IMG/VR virus record: IMGVR_UViG_3300042260_000337
Strand: one strand, 5' to 3'
Source of the DNA: a virus
Taxonomy: Duplodnaviria; Caudoviricetes
Length of the DNA stretch: 64,000 bases
A program made the translations under genes and the position numbers. Numbering within the stretch: the stretch's first letter is position 1; the number at the start of each line of letters is the position of its first letter. Of this stretch, positions 37,979 to 47,900 are shown piece by piece. The notes under the pieces are model-generated. The model was not told where the DNA came from, did no database searches, and worked only from the letters and a program-made list of their open reading frames with translations.

Positions 37979-39406
37979 TCAAAATTCAAACAGGTTGTCA
38001 ACTTCTTTGACTTCGGTTTTTACAACTTCATCAAACATTTCATCTTCTGGATTTGCAAATTCAATTCGTGCCTTTGCAATCTCCATATAATCAGGATCAA
38101 GTTCAATGCCAACGAACTTGAAACCTTCTAACATCGCACCCTTGCCAGTTGAACCAGAACCCATAAATGGGTCAAGAACAGTCCCGCCTTTTGGAGTAAC
38201 CATGCGAACCAAATAACGCATCAAATCAGTTGGTTTTACGGTTGGGTGATTGTTTTTCTTTGTTGGTGGATTGACCCAATCCTTTTCTTCGCATAGACAA
38301 GTGTGTGCTTCAAGAGAAGAAGCCCCGCACTTGGAACATATGCGGCGAATACCATTGCCTTTACCACCAATGGATTTAGCTTCAAAATCTTCTAAACCTT
38401 CATTTCGGTCTTTCTTAGATGTTTTGGCGCAATAAAAGAACCGTGCCGCAGAAGCATCGTCATTGTAACTATCCCACGAAACGCGATTGTATTCTCCATA
38501 GCAGTTTGTGTTTTCATCGCCAGTTTTGCTTGGTTCTTTTCCTGATACGCTACCGCCAGCTTTTGTATTTGGGAATAGAGAAACGACTTCCTCGCTACCA
38601 TCATGAATAAAGTTGGCGGGAAACCTTCCTTTCGGTGATGATGTATTTGGTGTTCCTTCAAACTTTCCATACGCATTGACTGCCATTCCATCAGTTTTCC
38701 AAGAACCATTTCCGCCGAGACGAGGATCATCAACTTCTGGATTCGTTGGAATGCGACTTTCATCAATGTTGATACCACCAGTTCCATACTTCAACACATT
38801 TGCAGCAACTGTATTTTCTTCCAATGGTTTTCTTGCAACAGTGATTGGTTCTAATGCGGGCTTTAGCGCAGTCCCCCAACCTTCCCATTGCTTTGCTTCG
38901 TCGGTAGCAGGAGCGGTAATACGAATAACATTCTTTGCACTCTTGTCTTCTGAGTTACCAGTATCTGCATTTGGCCTGAAACCGTGCTCTGCATTCGTCT
39001 TGGAAATGTGTGCCATTCCACCAGAGTTTGTTTTCGTCTCTGAAATAACTTCACGCTCTGCACCAGCCGATTTGTCAATGGCTTTACTAATATCCAATGA
39101 CTTTGGAAATCCACTTCCGTAAACCCATGCAATCATATCGCGGATTTCAAATCCCGCATCCTCAATACGAACTGCCATACGATGTTGAGTCCGAGTGCCA
39201 GCAAACGCAAGTAGATACCCACCCGGTTTCAATACCCGTAGAGCTTCTTCCCATATCTCTTGGGATGGAACGTCATAGTCCCACTTCTTTCCCATGAAAG
39301 AAAGCCCATATGGCGGGTCAGTTACAATGCTGTCCACGCTATTATCTGGAAGTGTTTTTAGCACTTCCAGACAATTTCCATTATATAATGTATAGTTTTT
39401 TTCCAT
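37979..39406 (-). CDS. DNA amino-methyltransferase (N6-A/N4-C, beta class)
   Basis: VTDPPY (motif IV) N-terminal, HPTVKP and VLDPFMGSGSTG (motif I) C-terminal; start refined to ATG 39406; ends DNLFEF. Confidence 0.93.
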   Translation of the reverse strand: MEKNYTLYNGNCLEVLKTLPDNSVDSIVTDPPYGLSFMGKKWDYDVPSQEIWEEALRVLKPGGYLLAFAGTRTQHRMAVRIEDAGFEIRDMIAWVYGSGFPKSLDISKAIDKSAGAEREVISETKTNSGGMAHISKTNAEHGFRPNADTGNSEDKSAKNVIRITAPATDEAKQWEGWGTALKPALEPITVARKPLEENTVAANVLKYGTGGINIDESRIPTNPEVDDPRLGGNGSWKTDGMAVNAYGKFEGTPNTSSPKGRFPANFIHDGSEEVVSLFPNTKAGGSVSGKEPSKTGDENTNCYGEYNRVSWDSYNDDASAARFFYCAKTSKKDRNEGLEDFEAKSIGGKGNGIRRICSKCGASSLEAHTCLCEEKDWVNPPTKKNNHPTVKPTDLMRYLVRMVTPKGGTVLDPFMGSGSTGKGAMLEGFKFVGIELDPDYMEIAKARIEFANPEDEMFDEVVKTEVKEVDNLFEF

Positions 39407-39407
39407 A

Positions 39408-42149
39408 TTAGAACTCGAATAGATTGTCAAATGTTTCGGAGTTGTTGGTGTCGTTCAAATCCCAGTTTAGAACGCCAATCAGGTTGTTTATTTTCTTAGT
39501 AATAATTGTAAATTCCATTTCGTTGTTGTCAAATGGTAATTCCTGAAACCACATTGGCAACTTCAACTCATCAATGGGATACGCGATACTTGTAATCCCC
39601 ATAGGATTAGACTTCAACTTACAAACGATAGTTTTCATGCCATCAGTGATCTCCATACTATAGTTGTCACTGTTCATTCTACGAAGTCGGTTCCAGTTGA
39701 TTGCTGCAAGAGCATGACCTACTGCACACTTTCCTGTTTTCTCAAACACTTTTGTGTGATGAGTTAGGTTGTTTACTCGTTTCGGAGTTCCCTTTTGCCA
39801 AGCTGGCATCTTGCGAAACTCTTTTTTGAACTGCTTGATCATATCAATAACTTCTTTCTGTTCTGCGTCAGTTAGAAGTTTCATCAGAACGTCCTTCAAG
39901 AACTCCTGCATGTAGTCTGGGGTGTCAGAACGCTTTAGGTCAAGGCCCATCGCTTTTACTTTGCCAGGAAGCCCATCAATGTCCCTGCGCTTTCCATCGT
40001 CATCAAAAATAAGCATAGCATATCGCTTCTTCTTGATGAATAGCCCAGTTGTAGCGGCGTTTTCACGTCCTGCTTTGATGATTTCGCCCTGTTTCCTTGG
40101 CACATGGAAGAATAACTTCATAAAGTCGGGGAAACTTTCGTTCACCTGTTTTGCGATTTCGTCATACAACTCCATCACAATCTCTTTACTCCAAGCGATT
40201 TCTCCACTATCAATTCTATCTTTGTATACTGGATACATAGAGAAGTAGATAGAGTCGGTATCGCCATAGATAATAGAATCACCCTTGTAATCATATGTTC
40301 CCGCAATAACTTCGTTGGTTTTGCTACCCATATGGCGAGTGATACAACGTCCAGTGAGAGTAGTAGATTGACCAATCCGTTTATCATAGAAGCGGCAACC
40401 TGGGTTTAGAATAGCACCATACAGTGAGTTCAAGTTGATCTTCTTCACCAACTGACGTTTGTCCCAGAAAGCAACTTCTTTGCCTTCTCCAGCATCACGT
40501 GCATCTTTCATCTTGGCTTGAAGTTGCTTACGTTCACTATACCATCTTTCCAATAGACTTGGAATAATTCCTTGAACGTCTTGTCTGAAAACTGTCCCGT
40601 TTGCTGATAGCGCCCAGTTCAATTCGCTAGTATTGAAAATCAAATCATATACTTCTGCCCCAGTAAGATTGGAACTACTTCCATCTTCCATATCAAGGAA
40701 CAACGGAACCACCTTATCTCTTTCGTTTACATAACGAAATTCTTCTGATGAGAATGTATCTTCCCATGCCTGTGGAGCACCAAAACTTTTTCCGACAGTT
40801 CTTTTACCTTCAATAATACGGCTAGTAATCATTTCTTCGGTGTAGTTCTGACGAAGTTGAGCAACAATCGTTTCTGGCGACATATTCAATGACCGTAGAA
40901 CCGATGGATACAGAGAGTTCAAGTCAATACCAGAAATCCATCGCTGAATACCTGTCTTGGGCTGCGCCACAAACGCACCAGCAGCTTTTTCTTTTGCAAG
41001 AAACTCTGCAAGTTCGTCGTCATCCATGTCCGCTGGGTCGTCAGCATCTTCTTCGTTCCAGTCTCTTGCTTTGCGGTCAGGAACATGCATATCGCGGCGA
41101 TGTGCTTCATTGATGATTGCCTGTTCAGTAACGGCAACCGCACCCATTGTAGTTTTGATAAGAACTGTATTATCGTGGGCAATTTCATTCGCCAAGTCAA
41201 TAAACCGAAGTTTCTTATCTAAGTCTGCAATAAGCATAACGTCTTCTCTGTTATACTCAATGAACTTGTAGAAATCTTCGTTATATAATTGGTCTAGTGT
41301 TCCTTCATATGCAACCTTTTTACGCCCAAGTTCATATTCTGAAATAGCATCCAACGAGTATGAGTGCATTTCATGATATGTATACTTACGGTAAAGTTCA
41401 AGATAGTCCAAGTGAACCCGCCCCACCAGTTCATAGGTGAGTTGGTCTTTGCCATACTTCTTGACATATTTTTCTTTTGGCTGCACATCCCATAGACATA
41501 GACGTTTGATGTATTCTTTGCCGAGAACTTGAATAATTCTACGGACAGTATAAGGAATATCGTAACCTTCTGAGTTCCATCCGCTGATGATATCTGCATC
41601 ATCTACAAGAGATAGAAAATCTTTGAGCATTTCCTTTTCACTGCGATACCACTTTGTATTGTCAAACCGTGTGCAGATTTGTTCTGCTTCTTCATCTGAC
41701 ATACCTTTTGGTGGAATGGCCAATGTAATTAGTTCGCCTATCCAGTCAAGGTAAACTGTGATGGCGGTAATTGGCATAAATGCTTCTTCGGTTGACGAGA
41801 ACCCACGTTCCTTGTCAAAGTCAACTTCAATGTCGCAAAATGCAGTATGCAGAACGGGAGAATCTACCCCGTTGTAATTTAGAGATAGGCATTGGTTCTC
41901 TGGCTTGATATCGCTTTCAAACAGCTTTTTTCCAGAGTTAATCTTTAGTTCTTTATGGAAATCTTTAGTTGTCTTGCATCGGATTTGGCGAATTTTATCA
42001 CCAAAGATACTACGATGCTGGCCGTTTTGGTCCTTTACATAGAATGTTCTAATAGCGGGATAGTCTTTGAATACCCGCTTTCCGTTTAACCGTTCAACAA
42101 CACGAACCAAGTCGTGTTTTTTATCGTAATATGCATCAACGTATGACAA
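39408..42149 (-). CDS. Family B DNA polymerase (gp43-like)
   Basis: Exo motifs DIE, GWNS..YD, YN..D; pol motifs DLNSLYPS, KINLNSLYG, YGDTDS, KKRY. TTG start; no intein seen; ends DNLFEF. Confidence 0.97.
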   Translation of the reverse strand: MSYVDAYYDKKHDLVRVVERLNGKRVFKDYPAIRTFYVKDQNGQHRSIFGDKIRQIRCKTTKDFHKELKINSGKKLFESDIKPENQCLSLNYNGVDSPVLHTAFCDIEVDFDKERGFSSTEEAFMPITAITVYLDWIGELITLAIPPKGMSDEEAEQICTRFDNTKWYRSEKEMLKDFLSLVDDADIISGWNSEGYDIPYTVRRIIQVLGKEYIKRLCLWDVQPKEKYVKKYGKDQLTYELVGRVHLDYLELYRKYTYHEMHSYSLDAISEYELGRKKVAYEGTLDQLYNEDFYKFIEYNREDVMLIADLDKKLRFIDLANEIAHDNTVLIKTTMGAVAVTEQAIINEAHRRDMHVPDRKARDWNEEDADDPADMDDDELAEFLAKEKAAGAFVAQPKTGIQRWISGIDLNSLYPSVLRSLNMSPETIVAQLRQNYTEEMITSRIIEGKRTVGKSFGAPQAWEDTFSSEEFRYVNERDKVVPLFLDMEDGSSSNLTGAEVYDLIFNTSELNWALSANGTVFRQDVQGIIPSLLERWYSERKQLQAKMKDARDAGEGKEVAFWDKRQLVKKINLNSLYGAILNPGCRFYDKRIGQSTTLTGRCITRHMGSKTNEVIAGTYDYKGDSIIYGDTDSIYFSMYPVYKDRIDSGEIAWSKEIVMELYDEIAKQVNESFPDFMKLFFHVPRKQGEIIKAGRENAATTGLFIKKKRYAMLIFDDDGKRRDIDGLPGKVKAMGLDLKRSDTPDYMQEFLKDVLMKLLTDAEQKEVIDMIKQFKKEFRKMPAWQKGTPKRVNNLTHHTKVFEKTGKCAVGHALAAINWNRLRRMNSDNYSMEITDGMKTIVCKLKSNPMGITSIAYPIDELKLPMWFQELPFDNNEMEFTIITKKINNLIGVLNWDLNDTNNSETFDNLFEF

Positions 42150-42158
42150 AACGTCTCC

Positions 42159-42746
42159 TTATTTTATTCCTGAAATGGTAAATCTGGTAAGCACATTCAA
42201 CTTCATTGCGCTTTCATATGATATTGAAGATAATGGGTATTTATTTTTAATCTCATCAACACTATAGCATACATTGGTATGATCTTCAATAGACAAGTTA
42301 TTGGATTGTATCAGGCATTGTTTTCCCGCTGGTATTCTTTCAAACCATTCTGAAGTCATATGCTCACTGCTTAGATTTATGATAGTATCATAGTGTTCCA
42401 ACCCATCAAACGTCAATACATCTTCTGTAAAATGTGTTCCATAGTTATGGAACTTTGAGTTGAGCCGCTTGCTTATAACATTACATCTTGGATCAATGTC
42501 TATTTCATCTATGATGAAAGTAGGATAACGGTGACATATATAGTGTGTTAGAAATCCAAACCATGAGCCGATATATAGAACTTTTCCTCCATGGTTTGGA
42601 AGATGCGATAATGCAGTGATTGCTTGATTTTTGCTATGAATTTGATTTGTATGAAATGCATCTCTGACTTCTTCCATAGTTGTCAGAGATGCAATGTTTT
42701 CTTCATACAATATATCAAAGAATGCTGATATGTATGTTTCTATCAT
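42159..42746 (-). CDS. Class I SAM-dependent methyltransferase
   Basis: VLYIGSWFG, EIDID, YDTIINLSSEHM, LIQSNN. Confidence 0.75.
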   Translation of the reverse strand: MIETYISAFFDILYEENIASLTTMEEVRDAFHTNQIHSKNQAITALSHLPNHGGKVLYIGSWFGFLTHYICHRYPTFIIDEIDIDPRCNVISKRLNSKFHNYGTHFTEDVLTFDGLEHYDTIINLSSEHMTSEWFERIPAGKQCLIQSNNLSIEDHTNVCYSVDEIKNKYPLSSISYESAMKLNVLTRFTISGIK

Positions 42747-42979
42747 GCTTTGAGTAGATACATCATTGTTTCTGGTATATCGTTGATAACGATAAGTTCA
42801 TTTGGATAGCGAAGGTAGTCCGTTTTTCTACCGATTGGTTGAACTCTGACCATTTTCTCGCCTTGCGATACTATGGTGCAAACGTCTATTTCTCGTGTGC
42901 CTGTGGCGGCAAGGACAACAGTGTCCTTGCCGAGTTCTCTGCCAAATCTATCCTTATGAATGATTGGCTGTTTCGCCAT
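42743..42979 (-). CDS. Hypothetical protein (78 aa, SH3/KOW-like)
   Basis: DRFGRELG...V pattern; coupled ORF. Confidence 0.65.
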   Translation of the reverse strand: MAKQPIIHKDRFGRELGKDTVVLAATGTREIDVCTIVSQGEKMVRVQPIGRKTDYLRYPNELIVINDIPETMMYLLKA

Positions 42980-43236
42980 CAGCCACGTCCAACAGTTTTG
43001 AGAATTGTTTCAACATCTTCAAAGTCTTGCTTTGCTTCGGTTAGCCGTGCCTTGTGAGCAATGCTAATTGCTTTATTGATGAGAGAAGGCTTGATGTCAA
43101 GTTCTTCTGCAATTGCCTTGACCGTATCTTTTAGACCACCCTTGAGGTCTTCAATCTCTTGAAGGACTGAACATCCTTCATCTACGAGTTGAGTTAGTTT
43201 TGCTTTTTCTTCGGATGTGATTGTATCTAGTGACAT
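42979..43236 (-). CDS. T4 DsbA-like dsDNA-binding protein / transcription regulator
   Basis: Start refined to MSLDT; IEDLKGGLKDTVKAIAEELDIKPSLINKAISIAHK matches the DsbA/GapR-like pattern. Confidence 0.7.
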   Translation of the reverse strand: MSLDTITSEEKAKLTQLVDEGCSVLQEIEDLKGGLKDTVKAIAEELDIKPSLINKAISIAHKARLTEAKQDFEDVETILKTVGRG

Positions 43237-43286
43237 GTTTTTCCTCTGTGAATAAAAAAGGGAACCTCTGAATAGAAGTTCCCTTG

Positions 43287-43315
43287 AATATAACACACCG
43301 AAGTGGCAGAGTCAA
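43287..43315 (-). promoter_or_regulatory. Sigma70-like promoter for the replication operon
   Basis: TTGACT, 17-nt spacer, TATATT. Confidence 0.75.
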
Positions 43316-43323
43316 TCGTTATT

Positions 43324-44715
43324 TTACCATTTTCTGCATGACCAGTAACGTGCTTTTGTTCGTGGGCCTGGGTTGTCGCAATTGTGTCTTGCTCTGAACG
43401 ACTTTCTGCGTTCTGGGTTTGACTTCTTGATTTTCATGTCTGGGTCACCGAAGTTTACCTTTTTTACATTTCCAGTGCTTGGGTCTTTGACATAGACCTT
43501 GAATTTTTTTACATCGCCGCGCATTGGCTTACCGAGTGGGACGTTTCTGCCTTGATACTCTGCTTCATCCAACTTTTCATCTTCGTTGAACCACATAACA
43601 CCATATGCTTCAAAGAAATCGTTGCCTTCATATGTTTCTTCATACATAGATTCTTTTGCCGCGCCACCTGATGGGAATCGGGTTTGTATCCCTTGGTTTG
43701 AACTTGTTTGCTTGTCCATGTATGATTTGGCTTTTTGCATACCAGTGTTTAGACCTTTCGCGCCCATGACCGCAGCATTTCCTATATCTTTTGCCAATGG
43801 CGAAGTTAGTGCTCTTCCTGCCCCACTTGCCGCTCTTGCTATTGCTGGCCCTGCTGCTGCTGCCCCTGCTCTTACTGCTCCCGCAATGGCACCTCCTGCG
43901 GCTCCAAGTGCTGGCAGAAACTCTTTTAGATTTTCGTGCTTTGACTTTATGGAATCGAGCATTTCTTGGTATTGGTCGGCCATCATTCGGTGATGACGCT
44001 GTGTGATGGGGTCTTTCACCATCTTTGCTTTTTTGAGTCTATCATCAATCATCATCTGTAAACGGCTGATACGATGTGAAGTATTTCCTTCGTCTATTTT
44101 ACTTTCTGGAACGCAGTTGGGGACTTCTTTACTGCCTTTTTTTTTAGTTCCGACCATTTTGTAACCTGACCAGCATGGGTCTTTGGCACCGCCCTTCATT
44201 TTTCCAGCTTCTTTTATCTTAGACTCACCAATAGTATCTTCGTCGGCCATTGGACTGTTCATGACGGCATTATAGTCATCCATTTCATTATCTGACGGCA
44301 TTTCGTCACCCATTGGTAGGTCCATTTGCATACCGCCACCCATTGGGTCATTTAGTTGTTCAACATCGCCACCAAGTTCATCGCCCATGCCACCCATGCC
44401 ACCCATGTCACCGCCCATGTCTGGACCTTCAAAATCGTCAAATCCGCCCATTTCGTCGCCCATAGCTGGTTCGCTTGATTGTGCGTTTAGGTCAAGAACA
44501 TACATACGTGAGGTTAGTGCATCTGACATGCGCTGATATGCTGCATATGCGCTGTTATGCATTTTAGAGAACTGTAGCGACAAATCATGAATGGCGTCTC
44601 TGGCGTTCTTGCCGCTTTGAATTTCAGATGCAAGTTGTTCAGTTGTGCGATTTAGATAATCTTCAAACTCATCATTGGAGATTACAAAATTTTCAAAAAG
44701 TTGTCTAAGTTTCAT
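43324..44715 (-). CDS. Modular late protein (acidic Met/Gly-rich linker; CWxGY...PNCV module; C-terminal DUF6321-like domain)
   Basis: MKLRQLFE N-terminus; GGDMGGMGGMGDE low complexity; KKVNFGD...RRKSFRARHNC...ARYWSC. Confidence 0.7.
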   Translation of the reverse strand: MKLRQLFENFVISNDEFEDYLNRTTEQLASEIQSGKNARDAIHDLSLQFSKMHNSAYAAYQRMSDALTSRMYVLDLNAQSSEPAMGDEMGGFDDFEGPDMGGDMGGMGGMGDELGGDVEQLNDPMGGGMQMDLPMGDEMPSDNEMDDYNAVMNSPMADEDTIGESKIKEAGKMKGGAKDPCWSGYKMVGTKKKGSKEVPNCVPESKIDEGNTSHRISRLQMMIDDRLKKAKMVKDPITQRHHRMMADQYQEMLDSIKSKHENLKEFLPALGAAGGAIAGAVRAGAAAAGPAIARAASGAGRALTSPLAKDIGNAAVMGAKGLNTGMQKAKSYMDKQTSSNQGIQTRFPSGGAAKESMYEETYEGNDFFEAYGVMWFNEDEKLDEAEYQGRNVPLGKPMRGDVKKFKVYVKDPSTGNVKKVNFGDPDMKIKKSNPERRKSFRARHNCDNPGPRTKARYWSCRKW

Positions 44716-44721
44716 TTTACA

Positions 44722-44937
44722 TTACCTTCTTATCATTGTTGTTGTAACAGGGTTAGTATAACTCAGATTACCTACATCGGCACTGTAACCCATCTTATGT
44801 TTCTTTTTAGATTCAGTTTTAGCTTTTCCATAAACAGAACGCTTCGCATCGGCCTTCTTGGTTCCAGGCGTCATAGGCATCGCAACTGATGCAAATGCCC
44901 CTGAAAAATTCTCGCTTATGATCTCATTTATTTTCAT
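44722..44937 (-). CDS. Small late protein (71 aa)
   Basis: MKINEIISE N-terminus; GATAAATA immediately upstream. Confidence 0.7.
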   Translation of the reverse strand: MKINEIISENFSGAFASVAMPMTPGTKKADAKRSVYGKAKTESKKKHKMGYSADVGNLSYTNPVTTTMIRR

Positions 44938-44953
44938 AATAGTATTTATCCTT

Positions 44954-47900
44954 TTATGCAGCTTTGGTATTTAGGTTTCTACCAAACTCAAGTTTGCGTT
45001 TGATACTACTCAATACTTCAAAGAATAGTTCTTTTACCGCATTTAGATTTTCAAAGAAACTAAAGAAGGTAAGACCTGGAACTTTTTCAGTAGCAACATT
45101 CATCACTGTTGAAATGAAAGTTCCGAATTGGTCGGCAAAGTTTGATTTGACCACGTTTGCCAATATTGTTTTTACACTAGATAGATTCTGGACCATGTAT
45201 TTGGCAAACGCATATACGCCAAGACTTCCCAAGAAGCCGATAATGCCGCCACGCTTGAATATTGCAGATGCGAATGTAATGATATTCTGCACCATATCCC
45301 TCAGTGTGGTAGCGACTGTTTCGTTATTGACAAGGCCAATCGCAGTGTTCAGAACCGATGATAGTTGCTTCAACATTCCTCTTGACGATTTCACCATTTG
45401 GGTGTATGATTTCTCAAAATATGTTTCATCCATAAGAATATCTTTGATAAGAACAGCGGCGTCTTTCATGGTAAGAATGGTAGCCGATAGGTCATCAATC
45501 GTATTTTGTGCTTTACTTCCCAACCATTTTGTGACGGAAACCAACATTGCTTCATGTAGTTGTGCTTCTGTAAGCATCTTGCGACCTGTATCGCCATACA
45601 TTTCTCTCAAATTGAATGCTGGCTTTCCATCTTTTGAAACTTTGTTTCCAAACTTTGCGGCTTGTTTTTTGATTTCGTTTGGGCCAACATCAATCGTAGT
45701 GTTGACGCCTTTTACGATTTTACCAACCCCGCCAGTTTCATGAATATCCTTGAATGTAGTTTGAGGGAAGTTGATAAGCATACTCAATCCCTCCTTGGCT
45801 GGAAGGCTCATACGGAATGCAGTGATTTTGTGTATCTTTGCATTTTTAGCAGCAAGCCAACGATGATGCCCATCCAACACATAGTTGTCAGAACTGATTA
45901 TGATTGGCTTGTTCATCTTTCCGTTTGTCATTGCAGCTTCTACGCCCTTGTCGCTGAACTCTGACTGAGTTGACATTAGGTCTGCTGGATCAACTATTTC
46001 TTTTTTTATTTTGCCACCATTATCGTAGATATAACGAAACAAATCTTCATAATGCTTTTCGTCAATTTGCGGCATATGGCGTCTTGGAACACCAAGTGTG
46101 TCGGCAGGATGAGGTTTTACGATTTTTAGTTCATTTAGTTCGCCCTCACTATGAACTTCTGGGTGCTCTGGTGAACCACCAATCTCTTTGTATTCCGCAC
46201 CGAACTTATCAAGAATTCTTTTCAAACGAGCAACTTGTTCTTGATTGGCAAGGGTGACTACCATATCTGAGTCACTTTGCCCGAACTCATGTGGGTCTTG
46301 CTGGTTCAATCTTGCAAAATGCTGACCTAGCTTATACCAATCAAAATCACCTTTTGTATCAATCACCAATGTATTTTGTGGCATAGTAAGCAAGTCGTGT
46401 TGGTATCCAGTGGGGTCATCTTCAACTGCGTCTTCATTGAATGCAACATCGGTTGCCTTCTTTGCGATTTCACCTTGAGGATGTTTTGGGTTGATAGTTA
46501 CAACTTCTCCGTTCATCAACTCTGAGATATTTGCAGTTTTACCAATTGTATCTAACAGTTGATGCAGCTTGTCATTTGCATCATACCCATTAGTTTCATA
46601 GTTTGCCTTGCCTCTGACTTCGGTTCTCTTTCCAGAATCGGTATTCAGAATATGTAACACATACAGGTCATCATCACGTTCAAGTTGTAGCTTGTATGAT
46701 TCATTCATATGCTTGAAATACTGAACCTGACGCTCTCTTTTTAGAGCGCCAGCTTTAGTTGGGTAAGTTCCAAGGTTCTTTTTGCCATCTTTAGAGCGAA
46801 GTTGAAATCCGCCCTTCACTTTTTTTATAGTTTCATTTACTGATTCTGGCGTTGGTGTTTTTGCTGGAACTGCCAGTAGCTTGCTGAATGTTTTCTTTGG
46901 CTTTTTTGGTAACACTGCCAGATATTCTTTTCTCAACTCTTCTTTTTTAGGAGTAAGTTCGCGAATGTGGGATTGAAGTTCTTTTATTTTTTCTTCATTT
47001 GGGTCTGCACGATTGACTTCTGCACGAAGTTTTGTAGTATAGTCATCAATCATGTTTTGAATGCTGTTTATTTCATTCTTGATTTCTGCAACGTTTTCGT
47101 CTCTTTCGTCATCATATATTGGAGCATCACTATAAAGTAGGTTATCGCCTTCGACATGACTATACTTCTCTACACCATTTTCTTTGTATGCTGCAAATAC
47201 CGTTACGCTTGGGTCTTTTGATAACGCAACCCATATTTTTCTTCCGCCCGCTGATTGCATAGAGTCTGCCTGAAGGAATAGACCCACCTTTGTAACCAAG
47301 TGGGCATAGAATTTTGGCATCAATCCTTTTCCTTGAAGTGCAGGATCAAGTGCTGCGGCATGAATAACGCAAGGCGATTTTGATGAACTACGAGTCATAT
47401 GGACCAAGGCATGCATATTGGTTTCTTTGTCGCATAATAGCGCGTTTAGTTCACGTCCTTCTTTTGCTATAAAGACACGAAACTTACCCATTGGTTCTAC
47501 TTCGGTAAATCTACTGTAATATTTTTTGATTGGAAAGCCCCACATATAGGATTTCCAATCTTTGGAAACTTTCACAGTTTCTATTTCTTCGCCTAACTTT
47601 TTCTGTATCTCGCCAGTTTCATCATCAACCGAATATTGACTACGGAAGAACGCACTTCCGTCATCAGTCATATTTGACACTGAAATCTTTTTACTAGGAA
47701 ACTCTTTGAATAGGTCATCAACCAACATTTTGGCATAACCTTTTCTGCGGCTATCATCTGCGGTAATAACATGAGAGATATAAACCTCGTCATCTACGAT
47801 GCTTACATCAACGCCAGCTTTGACTACGCCATCAACCATCAGATACTTGGTTCCGAATGTTTCGCCTTTGTAGTGGTCAGAAACGGACACTGGGTTTATT

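Noticed and set aside
39408-42149. Intein or intron in the DNA polymerase
   Set aside because: Continuous 913-aa ORF with normally spaced motifs; no splicing signatures. The same applies to thyA.
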